A stretch of DNA of 64,000 nt from Hyphomicrobiales bacterium (GCA_965224015.1 OZ245032.1:854863-918862), one strand, 5' to 3'; positions 50,172 to 60,894 are shown, numbered from the stretch's first letter. Notes: a model not told the origin generated them from the letters alone. Made by a program: numbers and translations.

Positions 50172-50423
50172 GATTCGATACGGGCTTGGCGTTAGGGGGC
50201 AAGTGTGGCAAATTGCGGTTTTGTACATGATTTCGCTTAAGCCGGGTCAATGCATGCGAACCGCTGTTCTGCTTGCTGCTATAGAGCATATTGGCCTGAA
50301 TGGAAACCGTTTGCACGGCCCCCGGATCTTTCGGCGGGCTTGCCGGTCCGGGGTAATGGCACTAAGCGGGCCGGACCTGCAAAGCAAGCGAGCAGACACG
50401 AACAGTGCAGGATGTACCAGGGT

Positions 50424-52529
50424 ATGTTTGATAAGATCCTAATCGCCAATCGCGGGGAGATCGCCTGTCGGATCATAAGAACGGCAAGCCGCTTGGGTAT
50501 CAAAACCGTTGCCGTTTATTCAGATGCAGACCGCAGAGCCCTGCATGTGGAGATGGCGGACGAGGCGGTGGCCATAGGTCCAGCTGCGGCGGCGGCATCT
50601 TATCTGGTGGGCGATGCGATCGTTGATGCGTGCCGACAAACCGGGGCGGAGGCGGTTCATCCGGGCTACGGATTTTTGTCGGAGAACGCCGCTTTTGCGC
50701 GTATGCTCAAGGATGCGAACATCATTTTTGTTGGTCCCAATGCCGCGGCCATTGAGGTCATGGGAGACAAAATCGCTTCCAAGAAAGCCGCACGGGATGC
50801 CGGCGTCAATACGGTTCCCGGCCATATCGGCCTTATAGAAGACGAAGCCCACGCCATCCAGATCGCCGATCAGATCGGTTATCCGGTCATGATCAAGGCC
50901 TCAGCGGGCGGCGGCGGCAAGGGGATGCGCATTGCGCACAATGCAGATCAGGTTGCCGAAGGCTTTCGTCTTGCCCGCTCGGAAGCTTTGTCGTCGTTCG
51001 CCGATGATCGCATTTTTATCGAAAAGTACATTACTGATCCGCGTCATATTGAGATTCAGGTTCTGGGCGATTCGCATGGTCATATTATTCATCTTGGCGA
51101 GCGGGAATGCTCCATTCAGCGACGCAACCAGAAAGTCATAGAGGAGGCCCCCTCGCCACTTCTTGATGACAAGACCCGAGCGCTTATGGGCGAGCAGGCT
51201 GTTGCTCTCGCCCGGGCCGTCTCCTATGATTCGGCGGGAACCGTGGAGTTCGTCGTCGATCAGGATAAACGTTTCTACTTTTTGGAAATGAATACCCGGC
51301 TACAGGTGGAGCATCCGGTCACCGAAATGATTACCCGGGTTGACCTGGTGGAGCAGATGCTTCGGGTGGCCAGCGGCGAAAAGCTGCCGCTTACCCAGGA
51401 TGACGTGCGCGTCAGGGGCTGGGCGATCGAAGCACGCGTTTATGCCGAGGACCCCTTGCGCGGCTTCTTGCCCGCCACGGGGCGTATTCGCGGCTTGAAG
51501 CTTCCCGGCAAGCCCAATCAGGCATCGATACCCTCAGATGCCAACGCCAGCGTTCGCATTGACACGGGTGTTGTCGAGGGTAGCGAAATTTCTCTCTATT
51601 ATGATCCCATGATCGCCAAGCTGGTCACCCACGGGCCCGATCGCGCGCGCGCCATTGCCGCCATGGCAAACGCGCTTGATGGATTTTCCGTTGATGGTGT
51701 GGTGAATAATCTTGGCTTTTTATCGACGATTATGGACAACGGGCGCTGGCGCGACGGGCACCTTTCGACGCACTTTATCGACGAAGAATTTGGGGAGACG
51801 TTTGCCGGCCGGGACCTGACACAAGCAGAGCACGCGCAGTTGGTAGGGGTTGCGCTTTCGCTCAACATCAGGCAGCGGGCCCAGCTCAACCAGCTCTCCG
51901 ATCGCCTGCGTCCGCATGCGGGCGACTATAGCGGCGACTGGGCCGTGCGATTTGACGACGCCTGGGTCGAGGTCAATGTGAAGGCCGTTGAATGTTCCGG
52001 CCATGGACGGGCATGCAGCTTGCGCTACAGCTGGGCTGCGCGGGAAGAGCCTGGCGAACCTGGCGAATACCATGTTCACATGCACGATTTTGACAACGGG
52101 CTGTGGCGGGGCACAATTGCCGATGCCGACAAACCGGTCGAGGCCGACGGGCCAAAACCGCGATCGCACAAGGCCCGGGCGCTGTGTGTTCAGGTACGTC
52201 CCCAGATCAATGGATGGTCGCTGCACTGGCGCGGCGCGGTTCGGGATGTTCGGATCGTGCGCCCGCGCGTTGCCGCCCTGAACGCCTTGATGCCCGTCAC
52301 GCAAGCGCCCGACATGTCTGCCATGGTGCTATGTCCCATGCCCGGAACCGTGGTTTCCATTGCTGTCAGCGAGAACCAAAGTGTCAAGGTCGGCGATGAA
52401 CTGTGCGTTGTGGAGGCCATGAAGATGGAAAACGTATTGCGTGCGGAACGCGATGCGCGCATTGTCCGTATCAACGCCGCACCAGGCGACAGTCTGGCGG
52501 TCGATGCCGTGATTATGGAGCTTGAATAG
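50424..52529 (+). CDS. pccA: Biotin-dependent acyl-CoA carboxylase alpha subunit, probably propionyl-CoA carboxylase
   Basis: MFDKILIANRGEIA, ERECSIQRRNQK, EMNTRLQVEH, biotin motif EAMKMEN. Confidence 0.88.
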   Translation: MFDKILIANRGEIACRIIRTASRLGIKTVAVYSDADRRALHVEMADEAVAIGPAAAAASYLVGDAIVDACRQTGAEAVHPGYGFLSENAAFARMLKDANIIFVGPNAAAIEVMGDKIASKKAARDAGVNTVPGHIGLIEDEAHAIQIADQIGYPVMIKASAGGGGKGMRIAHNADQVAEGFRLARSEALSSFADDRIFIEKYITDPRHIEIQVLGDSHGHIIHLGERECSIQRRNQKVIEEAPSPLLDDKTRALMGEQAVALARAVSYDSAGTVEFVVDQDKRFYFLEMNTRLQVEHPVTEMITRVDLVEQMLRVASGEKLPLTQDDVRVRGWAIEARVYAEDPLRGFLPATGRIRGLKLPGKPNQASIPSDANASVRIDTGVVEGSEISLYYDPMIAKLVTHGPDRARAIAAMANALDGFSVDGVVNNLGFLSTIMDNGRWRDGHLSTHFIDEEFGETFAGRDLTQAEHAQLVGVALSLNIRQRAQLNQLSDRLRPHAGDYSGDWAVRFDDAWVEVNVKAVECSGHGRACSLRYSWAAREEPGEPGEYHVHMHDFDNGLWRGTIADADKPVEADGPKPRSHKARALCVQVRPQINGWSLHWRGAVRDVRIVRPRVAALNALMPVTQAPDMSAMVLCPMPGTVVSIAVSENQSVKVGDELCVVEAMKMENVLRAERDARIVRINAAPGDSLAVDAVIMELE

Positions 52530-52537
52530 CCGGGCCT

Positions 52538-52561
52538 CTATTAAGACCTGACACGCTCTAG
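52538..52561 (+). repeat. 24-bp R4 motif containing the galE stop codon
   Basis: CTATTAAGACCTGACACGCTCTAG. Confidence 0.7.
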
Positions 52562-53547
52562 TCACGGCGCAAATCGCGTAGTTTTTTCTCCCACACCAAA
52601 GCATGAGTAACGATTGTGTCTAAGCTCTCATAGCGGGGTTTCCAGCCAAGAACCGAACGAATCGCCTCAGCGCCGGCAACAAGCACCGCTACGTCGCCTG
52701 CGCGCCTTGGCGCTTCACGCACCGCAAAATCAACCCCGCTGGCGCGCTTTACCGCAGCGATCACCTCCAACACAGAGGCGCCGCGGCCATATCCGCAATT
52801 GAGCACCAGATTATCCCCCCCCTTTCGCAAATGCGCAAGCGCCAGCATATGTGCCTCTGTCAGGTCTTGCACATGAATATAGTCCCTGATCCCGGTCCCA
52901 TCCGGAGTATCATAATCCGTTCCAAACACGTCCATGTAAGACCGCTGACCGGTTGCGGCCTGACAGGCAATTTTGATCAAATGGGTGGCATTGGGACTTG
53001 CCTGGCCGCCATGTCCCGCCGGGTCGGCCCCCGCTACATTAAAATAGCGCAGCACCGTATAGCGCAGATCGTGAGCAATGCCCGCATCGCGCAGCATCAT
53101 CTCCACCATCATTTTGGACCGTCCATAAGGAGACGCCGGCGCCAGGTTCGCGTCTTCAAAGACAGGAACCCTCGCCCCCTCTCCATAAACAGCCGCGGTG
53201 GACGAAAAAATAAAATGCTCAACCCCCGCCGCAACCGCCGCCGCAATGAGCGTCAGGGCCTTGGCGGTATTGTTGTGATAATAGACGAGCGGGTCCGCCA
53301 CCGAGTCCGCCACAACGATCGAGCCGGCAAAATGCACGATCGCATCCACACGATGTTCGGCAATAACCTGCGCCACCAGCGGCCTGTCGCCAATATCACC
53401 AACAATCAGAGTGGCTTCGCGCGCCACCGCCCAGTCGGCTCCCTGGGATAGGTCGTCGATGACCACAACCTGCTCATGCCTTGACACAAGGTCGCGCACC
53501 ATTTGCGCGCCGATATATCCGGCTCCACCGGTCACCAATACTGACAT
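52558..53547 (-). CDS. galE: UDP-glucose 4-epimerase
   Basis: TGGAGYIG, SSTAAVYG, YGRSK, LRYFNVAGA, RDYIHV. Confidence 0.95.
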   Translation of the reverse strand: MSVLVTGGAGYIGAQMVRDLVSRHEQVVVIDDLSQGADWAVAREATLIVGDIGDRPLVAQVIAEHRVDAIVHFAGSIVVADSVADPLVYYHNNTAKALTLIAAAVAAGVEHFIFSSTAAVYGEGARVPVFEDANLAPASPYGRSKMMVEMMLRDAGIAHDLRYTVLRYFNVAGADPAGHGGQASPNATHLIKIACQAATGQRSYMDVFGTDYDTPDGTGIRDYIHVQDLTEAHMLALAHLRKGGDNLVLNCGYGRGASVLEVIAAVKRASGVDFAVREAPRRAGDVAVLVAGAEAIRSVLGWKPRYESLDTIVTHALVWEKKLRDLRRD

Positions 53548-53580
53548 AATTAACCCCGGCTATGGCTCATGATCAGATAA

Positions 53581-53681
53581 TACCAGCGGTATTGGCTTTA
53601 TAGACACGCCGACTGGTGTACAGCCTTGATAACACACCTCTTTGACGCTAATCCATGAGTCATTGTTAAAGACCCTTGGTA
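53581..53681 (+). mobile_element. 101-bp MITE (R1)
   Basis: TAA-TACCAGCGG...CCCTTGGTA-TAA. Confidence 0.9.
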
Positions 53682-53909
53682 TAAATGGCTGGTAGCGCCT
53701 TTCTATAGACATGAACCGACAAAGCACAAGAAAAAGGTCCTTGTCCAGAATTGGGGTTAATGACTTAACGACCTGCCGCTCACGTCCAAGGGGCGAGCGG
53801 ATTTCTCCACATCCGCTTTCACAGTTCAGCGGGTTACAAGGTTTTGGGGATTGCGTCCAGCTTAAAATCAGGGCACCCAAACGCCGGTCGCTCGTAAAGC
53901 CGGGCCTTT

Positions 53910-53933
53910 CTATTAAGACATGGCACGCTATAG
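53910..53933 (+). repeat. 24-bp R4 motif
   Basis: CTATTAAGACATGGCACGCTATAG. Confidence 0.65.
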
Positions 53934-54200
53934 GTGTGTAATTGCAACAGTTTGTCCCTGGTAAATGCATCGGGTGCAGTTGGCCATTCGTCTGATCATG
54001 AGAGATGTTCGATTTCTCCCGCGTTGTCAAGGGCGCTTCGCGCCGCTTTCAGCGGTTCTTAAACCCTTGACAACGCGAGAGAAATCGAAAAAAAGCAATG
54101 ATCAGATGAATGGCCCGATATGGCCTTGCTAGCGGCAATGGCCGCAATAACCCTGACTTCAGACCTGCCACCTTGAGAACAACTTATTGAAAGATTACAT

Positions 54201-56018
54201 CTAGGGCTGGAGGCGCACCCGCAACCCGATCCGATGTTCCTTGTGGCTTTCCCCGGCAAACGAGCTGTGCACGTGCTCATAGGTATATTCCGGTTTGACT
54301 TCGATGCGAGGATCGGGCTGATAGACAATCCCTGTATTCACGGTAAAGGTCCGCAATGTGCGCCGCTGAGGGATTGCCACGCCACCGGTAAAAGCCGGTG
54401 ATGTGGCAATGCGCTCAAAGTCGATGTCGTAGGTGGCGTCCAGTTCAAGGGCGAGGGCGCGACGTAGCATTTGGTTGAGAGAAAGCCCCATACGGTATTG
54501 GGTCACACCGAAAATACCGGTTTGCGTGCTGGGTACAAACCTGGAGGCAATACCCAGGTCGAGGGTTGTAAGGTCGCTGGGGGTCCAGGTCATATGCAGC
54601 GCCCCGGCGTAAGCCTCGGCGCGCGGCACCCCGGGAGTGCTGAACACCAGCGGCTCGTAGCCAAATCGGGCCTCGCCGCGCAAACTGCTGGCCAGATTAA
54701 ACCTGGCACCAACGCGCCCGGCATAAAGAGTCGCGTTACTTGATTTATCAGGACTTTTGCCGCGCAAAATATAGCGGCCGATGGCGACTTCAACGAAGGG
54801 CTGAAACGTATCACTATGCTCTAGCGAAAGACGCAGCGCCAGCGAGCCATCAAGGCTGTCGCGGGAGAATTGCACCGGAACCATAGTAAAGCCCATGGGA
54901 CCCCCTGGCACCGTTGCAATGAGAATATCCGGATCCTCATAATTGATCACTCTGATCTGGCCGCGCAGGGTCACGCTGCCTGTCTCAAACTGATGCCGCA
55001 ACGCGGCCTCAACAGAGGTTTTGTGGACATAACTCGGCTTGGCCATCCGCGCCGGTTGCAGTTTAAATCGCGAGTTGCGCTCCTTCTCGAAAGCATAGCT
55101 GGCGGCAAAATCCGTTGTTGTGTTCTGAGAAAAATCCAGACGCCCGCTTAGATCCACACCCACTTGGGTTGTCGAGGCTTCGTTTTGAGAAAAATAATGC
55201 AGCCTGCCAACGTCCACATCAGCATTGAAAGCATGTCGCTCCCCGTTTGAACGCAGACCAAATCCCACAGTTGAACGGGCAAAGACGCTGTGCCTGCCGT
55301 CAGGTTTGCTGGCGGCGTTGGTGGTATAGCCGAATTCGCCCTCCCAAAACGGCATAAAGCGAAGCCCCTGCCCTTCCAGGTCGGGCTCATGACTTGGTTC
55401 GTCATGGCCTTCCTGGTCAGTTGGCGGCAACTCCTGGGAACCGACCCATTCAGCATCTGTGCCCTCTTCGGACGCTGCAATGGTGTCCATGGTAGGGGGT
55501 TGCGGTGCAGGCTGCGGAGTGGGATCGCCTTTGTAAACCGGGGATAGGTCGCGCTCAGGCGGCGCGTCCCAAATATTCACATTGTCAAGGATCGGGTCGC
55601 TGTCGTCGGGCAAGTGTGCGCCGGCTAGCAGCTCAGGCCTTCGGGCTCGCTCGGCCAGGGCCTCATCAATGGGATCGCGCTCATTATCAGGCCTTAGACG
55701 GACCGGCGCCTGCACCTGAGACGACGGTATGGGTGCTGCTGAAGGCCCCTCCCCCGGGTCGCCACGGGTCGGATCAAGGGTACTGAAGTCCTCCGGCTGT
55801 TGCGGCTGCTCCATAAGCTCACGCCGGATGCGCCGCAACTGCTCTTGTTTGGATTGTTGCGCTAAAGGCTCTCGCCCAGGCTCGGCGATATCCATAACAT
55901 CGGGTTCTTGCAACTGGGAGCCGCGCAGCTCCTCTGGCGTCAATTTGTCCGCAGCCATTACCGGGAGCGCGAGCCCCGCCAGCAAGAACCATAGAAACAA
56001 GGGGTGAACAGTCATCAA
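54201..56018 (-). CDS. Outer-membrane beta-barrel protein with an acidic/Pro-rich N-terminal region
   Basis: Signal peptide, low-complexity linker, GYTTN followed by amphipathic strands. Confidence 0.75.
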   Translation of the reverse strand: MMTVHPLFLWFLLAGLALPVMAADKLTPEELRGSQLQEPDVMDIAEPGREPLAQQSKQEQLRRIRRELMEQPQQPEDFSTLDPTRGDPGEGPSAAPIPSSQVQAPVRLRPDNERDPIDEALAERARRPELLAGAHLPDDSDPILDNVNIWDAPPERDLSPVYKGDPTPQPAPQPPTMDTIAASEEGTDAEWVGSQELPPTDQEGHDEPSHEPDLEGQGLRFMPFWEGEFGYTTNAASKPDGRHSVFARSTVGFGLRSNGERHAFNADVDVGRLHYFSQNEASTTQVGVDLSGRLDFSQNTTTDFAASYAFEKERNSRFKLQPARMAKPSYVHKTSVEAALRHQFETGSVTLRGQIRVINYEDPDILIATVPGGPMGFTMVPVQFSRDSLDGSLALRLSLEHSDTFQPFVEVAIGRYILRGKSPDKSSNATLYAGRVGARFNLASSLRGEARFGYEPLVFSTPGVPRAEAYAGALHMTWTPSDLTTLDLGIASRFVPSTQTGIFGVTQYRMGLSLNQMLRRALALELDATYDIDFERIATSPAFTGGVAIPQRRTLRTFTVNTGIVYQPDPRIEVKPEYTYEHVHSSFAGESHKEHRIGLRVRLQP

Positions 56019-56202
56019 TCAGTCAGCCACGTGGAGTCAATGCCAAACAAAAGCATCGGCAAAAGCAAAATCACCAAAGCGCGAATTTTGCTGCAAAAGC
56101 AGTCGATTTTCGCTGTACACACCAAGGCCCGGTCAATCAGGGGAGCCGTTCGGAGCAATTGTATTGACAATTCGTAAAAGAATAGGGTTAACAGATCGTT
56201 GT

Positions 56203-56446
56203 CTAGATCAGCATACGTTTATACCAAGGGCCCTTGCCAATGACTCATGCATTTGCGTCAAAGCGTTGTGTTATCAAGGCAGTACACCAGCCGGCGTGTC
56301 CATAAAGCCAATACCGCTGGTATTAGTTGTCCCCATTTTGCTATGGGGACAACTAAACGTATTAAGCTGATCGCCCTCTAAATCTATAGCAAAATGCAAA
56401 AACATGGTGGATGCTCATGATTCCAACTAAACGCATTTTGCTATAT
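56203..56446. repeat. Composite R2[R1]-linker-R3 repeat
   Basis: A 19-bp stem ATACGTTTAGTTGTCCCCA/TGGGGACAACTAAACGTAT has its left arm split by a MITE; R3 at 56384-56446. Confidence 0.82.
56222..56322 (-). mobile_element. 101-bp MITE (R1) inserted in an R2 repeat
   Basis: TTA duplication; the empty site CATACGTTTAGTTGT is at 47815-47829. Confidence 0.92.
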
Positions 56447-56502
56447 GTCATTTCGTGTCGTTCATAGGGATACGTGCTACAAAGGGGCAGAGCGAGGGAC
56501 GT

Positions 56503-57528
56503 ATGCGCAAAGTTGCCAAATCAGCCGACACGGATAGCAAACAGGACTTGCGCCAATGCGCCCTTGCGGCGGGGGCGCGAACCCTGTCTCTTGAAGCGCG
56601 GGGGCTGCTGGCCCTTGAAGCCGCACTTGAAGATTCTTTGGCAGAGGCCTTTGCCAGTGCAGTTTCAACCCTTTATGAAGCCAGGGGCCGGGTTATCACC
56701 ACGGGCATGGGCAAGAGCGGCCATATTGGTGACAAGCTTGCCGCGACGCTCGCATCGACGGGAACGCCGGCATTTTTCGTCCATCCCGCCGAGGCCGGCC
56801 ACGGAGATTTGGGAATGATTTGCTCCGACGATGTGATCCTGGCCCTTTCGTGGTCCGGGGAAACGGCGGAACTAAAAAATATTGTCAATCACGTCAAGCG
56901 GTTTCGCATCCCACTCATAGGGATCACGGCAGCTGCACACAGCACACTTGCAGCGAATGCGGACGTGGCCCTGGTGCTTCCCGAGGTGCCGGAGGCCTGC
57001 CCGCACGGGCTGGCCCCCACCACATCGGCGCTCCTGCAATTGGCGATCGGGGATGCCCTGGCCGTGGCTTTGCTGGAAGTGCGCGGGTTTTCGGCCCGGG
57101 ATTTTGGCCTTATTCATCCAGGCGGAACCCTGGGGGCATTGCTGGCATCGGTTGGCGATATTATGCATCAAGGGGACAAGATGCCGCTCGCGCCCGTCGG
57201 CACGCCCATGGCGGATGCCATTCTCATCATGTCGCAAAAGGGGTTTGGCTGCATCGGCGTAACCGCAGTGCCAGGCGGCTCCGATGCGGCTCTGATTGGC
57301 ATGATTACCGATGGCGACTTACGCCGTCATATTGATGATGATCTGCTGGCGCGGCCAGTTGAGCAGATCATGACCGCGGACCCGTTGGTGCTTGACGCCG
57401 ACACATTGGTGAGCGAGGCGCTGGTGATCGCCAATGAAAAGCGCATCACGGCGTTTTTCATTGTTGATGGGGGCAAACCGGTCGGCGTGGTACACATGCA
57501 TGATTTGCTGCGCGTGGGCGCCGCCTGA
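56503..57528 (+). CDS. kdsD: KpsF/GutQ arabinose-5-phosphate isomerase (SIS + CBS)
   Basis: GMGKSGHIG, HPAEAGHGDLG, APTTS, HPGGTLG, TDGDLRR. Confidence 0.92.
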   Translation: MRKVAKSADTDSKQDLRQCALAAGARTLSLEARGLLALEAALEDSLAEAFASAVSTLYEARGRVITTGMGKSGHIGDKLAATLASTGTPAFFVHPAEAGHGDLGMICSDDVILALSWSGETAELKNIVNHVKRFRIPLIGITAAAHSTLAANADVALVLPEVPEACPHGLAPTTSALLQLAIGDALAVALLEVRGFSARDFGLIHPGGTLGALLASVGDIMHQGDKMPLAPVGTPMADAILIMSQKGFGCIGVTAVPGGSDAALIGMITDGDLRRHIDDDLLARPVEQIMTADPLVLDADTLVSEALVIANEKRITAFFIVDGGKPVGVVHMHDLLRVGAA

Positions 57529-57586
57529 GAAGCCCCACTCAGAGGTACCAGGACGCCAAGGATCAAAGCGGCAACGGGTCTTGCCC

Positions 57587-58480
57587 TCACGCACCATCAA
57601 ACCCGATCATGGCCTTTATGTCATTTCGAGTCATACCTTGCGCCCTCAGGGTACGCAGGCTCGTTGCCTGGGTCGACTTCGACAATTTACGCCCGTCTTC
57701 ATCAAGGATAAGGCGATGATGATGATAGACCGGCTCCGGCAATTGCAATAGCGCTTGCAAGACCCGATGAATGGCCGTCATGGGAGCGATATCGCGCCCG
57801 CGCACAACATGGCTTATGCCTTGATGCGCATCGTCAAGCACCACGGCCAGATTATACATCACCGGCATGTGCCGTCCCGCCATGGCCACGTCGCCCCAGT
57901 GCTGTGCCTTGGCGCGCACCGTTTTAACGGTCTTTTGCTGGGTATTGGTGGCGTTTGTCTCGGTCCAGGTCAGCGGTCCGGCAAGCTGTGCCAGCGCTTT
58001 TTTCATGTCCAAACGCAAGGTAAAGGGGCGCGCTTGCACCTGGCGGCGACGCTCTTCCTGGCGACCAAGTACCAGACCGCGCCCAGGATGTCGCGGCGCA
58101 CCGAGTGGATCCAATCGCGGCACCTCAGGTGCAAGCCTCGCAACGGCCGCTGCGATTTCTTTTCGCGATGCGTAGCAGCGATAGAGAAGGCGCTTCTCAT
58201 CAAGCCTGGTGATCGCCTGTTGATAGCGGGTGAGATGCTCCGATTGACGCAGCACCGGTTCTTCCCACGCAAGACCGAGCCAACGCAGGTCGTCATAAAT
58301 CGCCTCCTCGAACACGGATCGGCAGCGCTCGCGATCAATATTCTCAATGCGCAGCAGAAACTTTGCGCCGATAGCCCGGGCGAAGGCGTAACCCGCCAAC
58401 GCCGCATAGGCATGGCCAAGATGCAGATAGCCGTTTGGACTTGGTGCGAAGCGAGACACCGGGTGCGAGAGTGGGCTCAT
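57587..58480 (-). CDS. gluQ: Glutamyl-Q tRNA(Asp) synthetase
   Basis: RFAPSPNGYLHLGH, KLSKS, no anticodon-binding domain. Confidence 0.9.
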   Translation of the reverse strand: MSPLSHPVSRFAPSPNGYLHLGHAYAALAGYAFARAIGAKFLLRIENIDRERCRSVFEEAIYDDLRWLGLAWEEPVLRQSEHLTRYQQAITRLDEKRLLYRCYASRKEIAAAVARLAPEVPRLDPLGAPRHPGRGLVLGRQEERRRQVQARPFTLRLDMKKALAQLAGPLTWTETNATNTQQKTVKTVRAKAQHWGDVAMAGRHMPVMYNLAVVLDDAHQGISHVVRGRDIAPMTAIHRVLQALLQLPEPVYHHHRLILDEDGRKLSKSTQATSLRTLRAQGMTRNDIKAMIGFDGA

Positions 58481-58557
58481 GGCAGGCAGGTATGATGTCC
58501 ACCAGATTATGGCTTGTGACTGGCCGGGGCGGGGGCTCCGACTTTATCTGAAAAAGT

Positions 58558-59262
58558 TTAACGCGCCCGTTGACCAAACAGAATTTTCTGAACCTCTGTA
58601 TCCGTGGCCAATTGGTATTTTTCGCGATAGTCCCTGCCTACAGCAAGGCCGGCAATGACCGCAGGACGCGCCAACACGGTTTCCAGCCAGCGCTCCATGT
58701 GGGGAAACTGGGCAATATCCTGCCCCTGGCCTTCCCACAATTTTGCCCAGCCAATACACGCCATATCAGCAATGGAATAGTCGCCGGCAAGATAGTCCCG
58801 ATCCGTAAGACGTTTATTTAGAACCCCGTATAACCGATTGCATTCGTTAGTATAACGCTCAATGGCATAATCGAGTTTTTCGGGCGCATAACTGCGAAAA
58901 TGATGCGCCTGACCTGCCATGGGACCCAAGCCGCCCATTTGCCAGAACAGCCATTGTTCAACCTCGACTCGAGAGCGGTCTTCCTGCGGGTAAAACTGTC
59001 CGAACTTACGCCCGAGATATTGCAGGATCGCCCCCGATTCGAAAACCGAAATCGCTTTGTTGTCCGGACCTTCAGGATCGACAATTGCGGGCATGCGATT
59101 GTTCGGCGCGATTTTCAGGAAATCCGGGTGAAACTGCTCGCCTGCGCCTATGTCGACATAATTGATCTTATAGGGGACCCGCAGTTCCTCAAACATTATG
59201 GTAATCTTCCAGCCGTTCGGTGTCGGCCAATAATAAAGTTCAATGGGCGTTTGCTGATGCAC
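58558..59262 (-). CDS. Glutathione S-transferase (YfcG-like)
   Basis: YYWPTPNGWKI, NNRMPAI, FESGAIL. Confidence 0.92.
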   Translation of the reverse strand: MHQQTPIELYYWPTPNGWKITIMFEELRVPYKINYVDIGAGEQFHPDFLKIAPNNRMPAIVDPEGPDNKAISVFESGAILQYLGRKFGQFYPQEDRSRVEVEQWLFWQMGGLGPMAGQAHHFRSYAPEKLDYAIERYTNECNRLYGVLNKRLTDRDYLAGDYSIADMACIGWAKLWEGQGQDIAQFPHMERWLETVLARPAVIAGLAVGRDYREKYQLATDTEVQKILFGQRAR

Positions 59263-59381
59263 AAGGATTTCCTTTGTTTCATGATGTTGCCGGTTATGGT
59301 ATCGTGACGGAGCATAGAAACAAGAACTTTATGCGGCTGGACCCCGCGCGTTGATCCGAAAACTCCTTTTGAGGCCCCGTC

Positions 59382-60758
59382 ATGGCCACGTCCGCACCCT
59401 TTATTCCGCCAACATTTACGCCCTCTCGGGCTCCGGTGCGCCTGGGTCATTTTATGGCGAAGTTCATACGAAATCCAATAGAAACCCTGCCCGCACAAGT
59501 GTTTGAACAACCCGCCTTCAAGGCGGTCATTATGGGCCAGCAGGTGCTGTTTATCTCCGACCCGGAAGCGGTAAAGACCGTGCTGATGGACAAGGACAGC
59601 ATTTATCCCAAAGGCGAGGCTTACCGCTTGACCCTGGGTGAGGCTCTGGGACAGGGGTTGTTCACGGCCGACGGACAGCACTGGCGCTGGCAACGGCGGG
59701 CTTTGGCACCGGCTTTTCGTCCGCGTAATCTGGCCCCTTTGGTGCCGGCGATGGTCAATGCCGCCGAGATCACCGTGGCGCGCTGGCGCACCCACAGCAA
59801 CGGCGAGCCGATCAATGTAGCCCAGGCCATGATGCAAACCACGTTTCGGATCATCCTTGACACGATGCTCTCCGGAGGGGCGCAGTTTGACGCGGGAGAG
59901 TTCGAGGCCTTCATGGGGAAATATGCCAAGGGGGTGCCGTGGGTGTTTGCCCTGATCCTGTTTGGCCTGCCGCGGTGGATGCCGCACCCGGGACGCGCGG
60001 GCATGCGTCGGGCAGCGCGCGCGTTACGCCGGACGATCATGAATGTTGTGGTGCAGCGTCGCAACAAAAAGGAGGGGGCTCCGGATCTTATCGATCTCTT
60101 GCTTGATGCGCAAGATCCCATAACAGGCCGACGCATGAGTGATGACGAAATTGTGGACAATATCGCCACCTTCCTTGCCGCCGGACATGAAACCACAGCG
60201 CAGACCCTGTCGTGGACCCTGTTCCTGCTTAGTGCCCACAAAGAAAGCGAGATGCGGGTGATCGAGGAAATCAGCACCGTCATTGGTGACGGGCCGATTA
60301 CCGCCTCCGCACTTATGCAGCTTACTTTTACCCGGCAGGTGATAGAGGAGGCCATGCGCCTTTATCCCCCCGCTCCTATCATCACCCGCGAACCCAGCGA
60401 ACCTGTAACCTGGTTCGAGCGCACGGTACGCGCCGGCTCGATTGTGGAAATCCCCATCTATGCCATTCACCGTCACAGGGACCTTTGGGAGAACCCCGAT
60501 GCTTTTGATCCGGACCGGTTTGCCCCCGGCAAGGAGGCCGAGCGACATAGGTTTGCGTATCTGCCCTTTGGCGGCGGGACGCGGGTGTGTATCGGCGCGA
60601 CCTTTGCTATGCTGGAGGCCCTGGCCGTTTTGGCCACGCTGATGCCGAAAGTCCGTCTTCGCGTTGCCCCCGGCCATCAGGTCTGGCCGGAGGCTTTTAT
60701 CACCATGCGCCCGCGCCGGGGTTTGCCCATGACTATCGCGTGGCGCGAGGCGGGCTGA
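59382..60758 (+). CDS. Cytochrome P450
   Basis: AGHETT, EAMR (ExxR), FDPDRF, heme motif FGGGTRVCIG. Confidence 0.95.
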   Translation: MATSAPFIPPTFTPSRAPVRLGHFMAKFIRNPIETLPAQVFEQPAFKAVIMGQQVLFISDPEAVKTVLMDKDSIYPKGEAYRLTLGEALGQGLFTADGQHWRWQRRALAPAFRPRNLAPLVPAMVNAAEITVARWRTHSNGEPINVAQAMMQTTFRIILDTMLSGGAQFDAGEFEAFMGKYAKGVPWVFALILFGLPRWMPHPGRAGMRRAARALRRTIMNVVVQRRNKKEGAPDLIDLLLDAQDPITGRRMSDDEIVDNIATFLAAGHETTAQTLSWTLFLLSAHKESEMRVIEEISTVIGDGPITASALMQLTFTRQVIEEAMRLYPPAPIITREPSEPVTWFERTVRAGSIVEIPIYAIHRHRDLWENPDAFDPDRFAPGKEAERHRFAYLPFGGGTRVCIGATFAMLEALAVLATLMPKVRLRVAPGHQVWPEAFITMRPRRGLPMTIAWREAG

Positions 60759-60894
60759 ACGCATGGTAGCAAAACGCGTTTGGCGGTTCTTATACCAAGG
60801 GTCCTTGACAATGGCTGATACTCAAACAATATCAACGCAATGGAAATTCTTCGCAAACGACGGTATAAGATGCTCAAGAACGTCGCGTAGTTTG

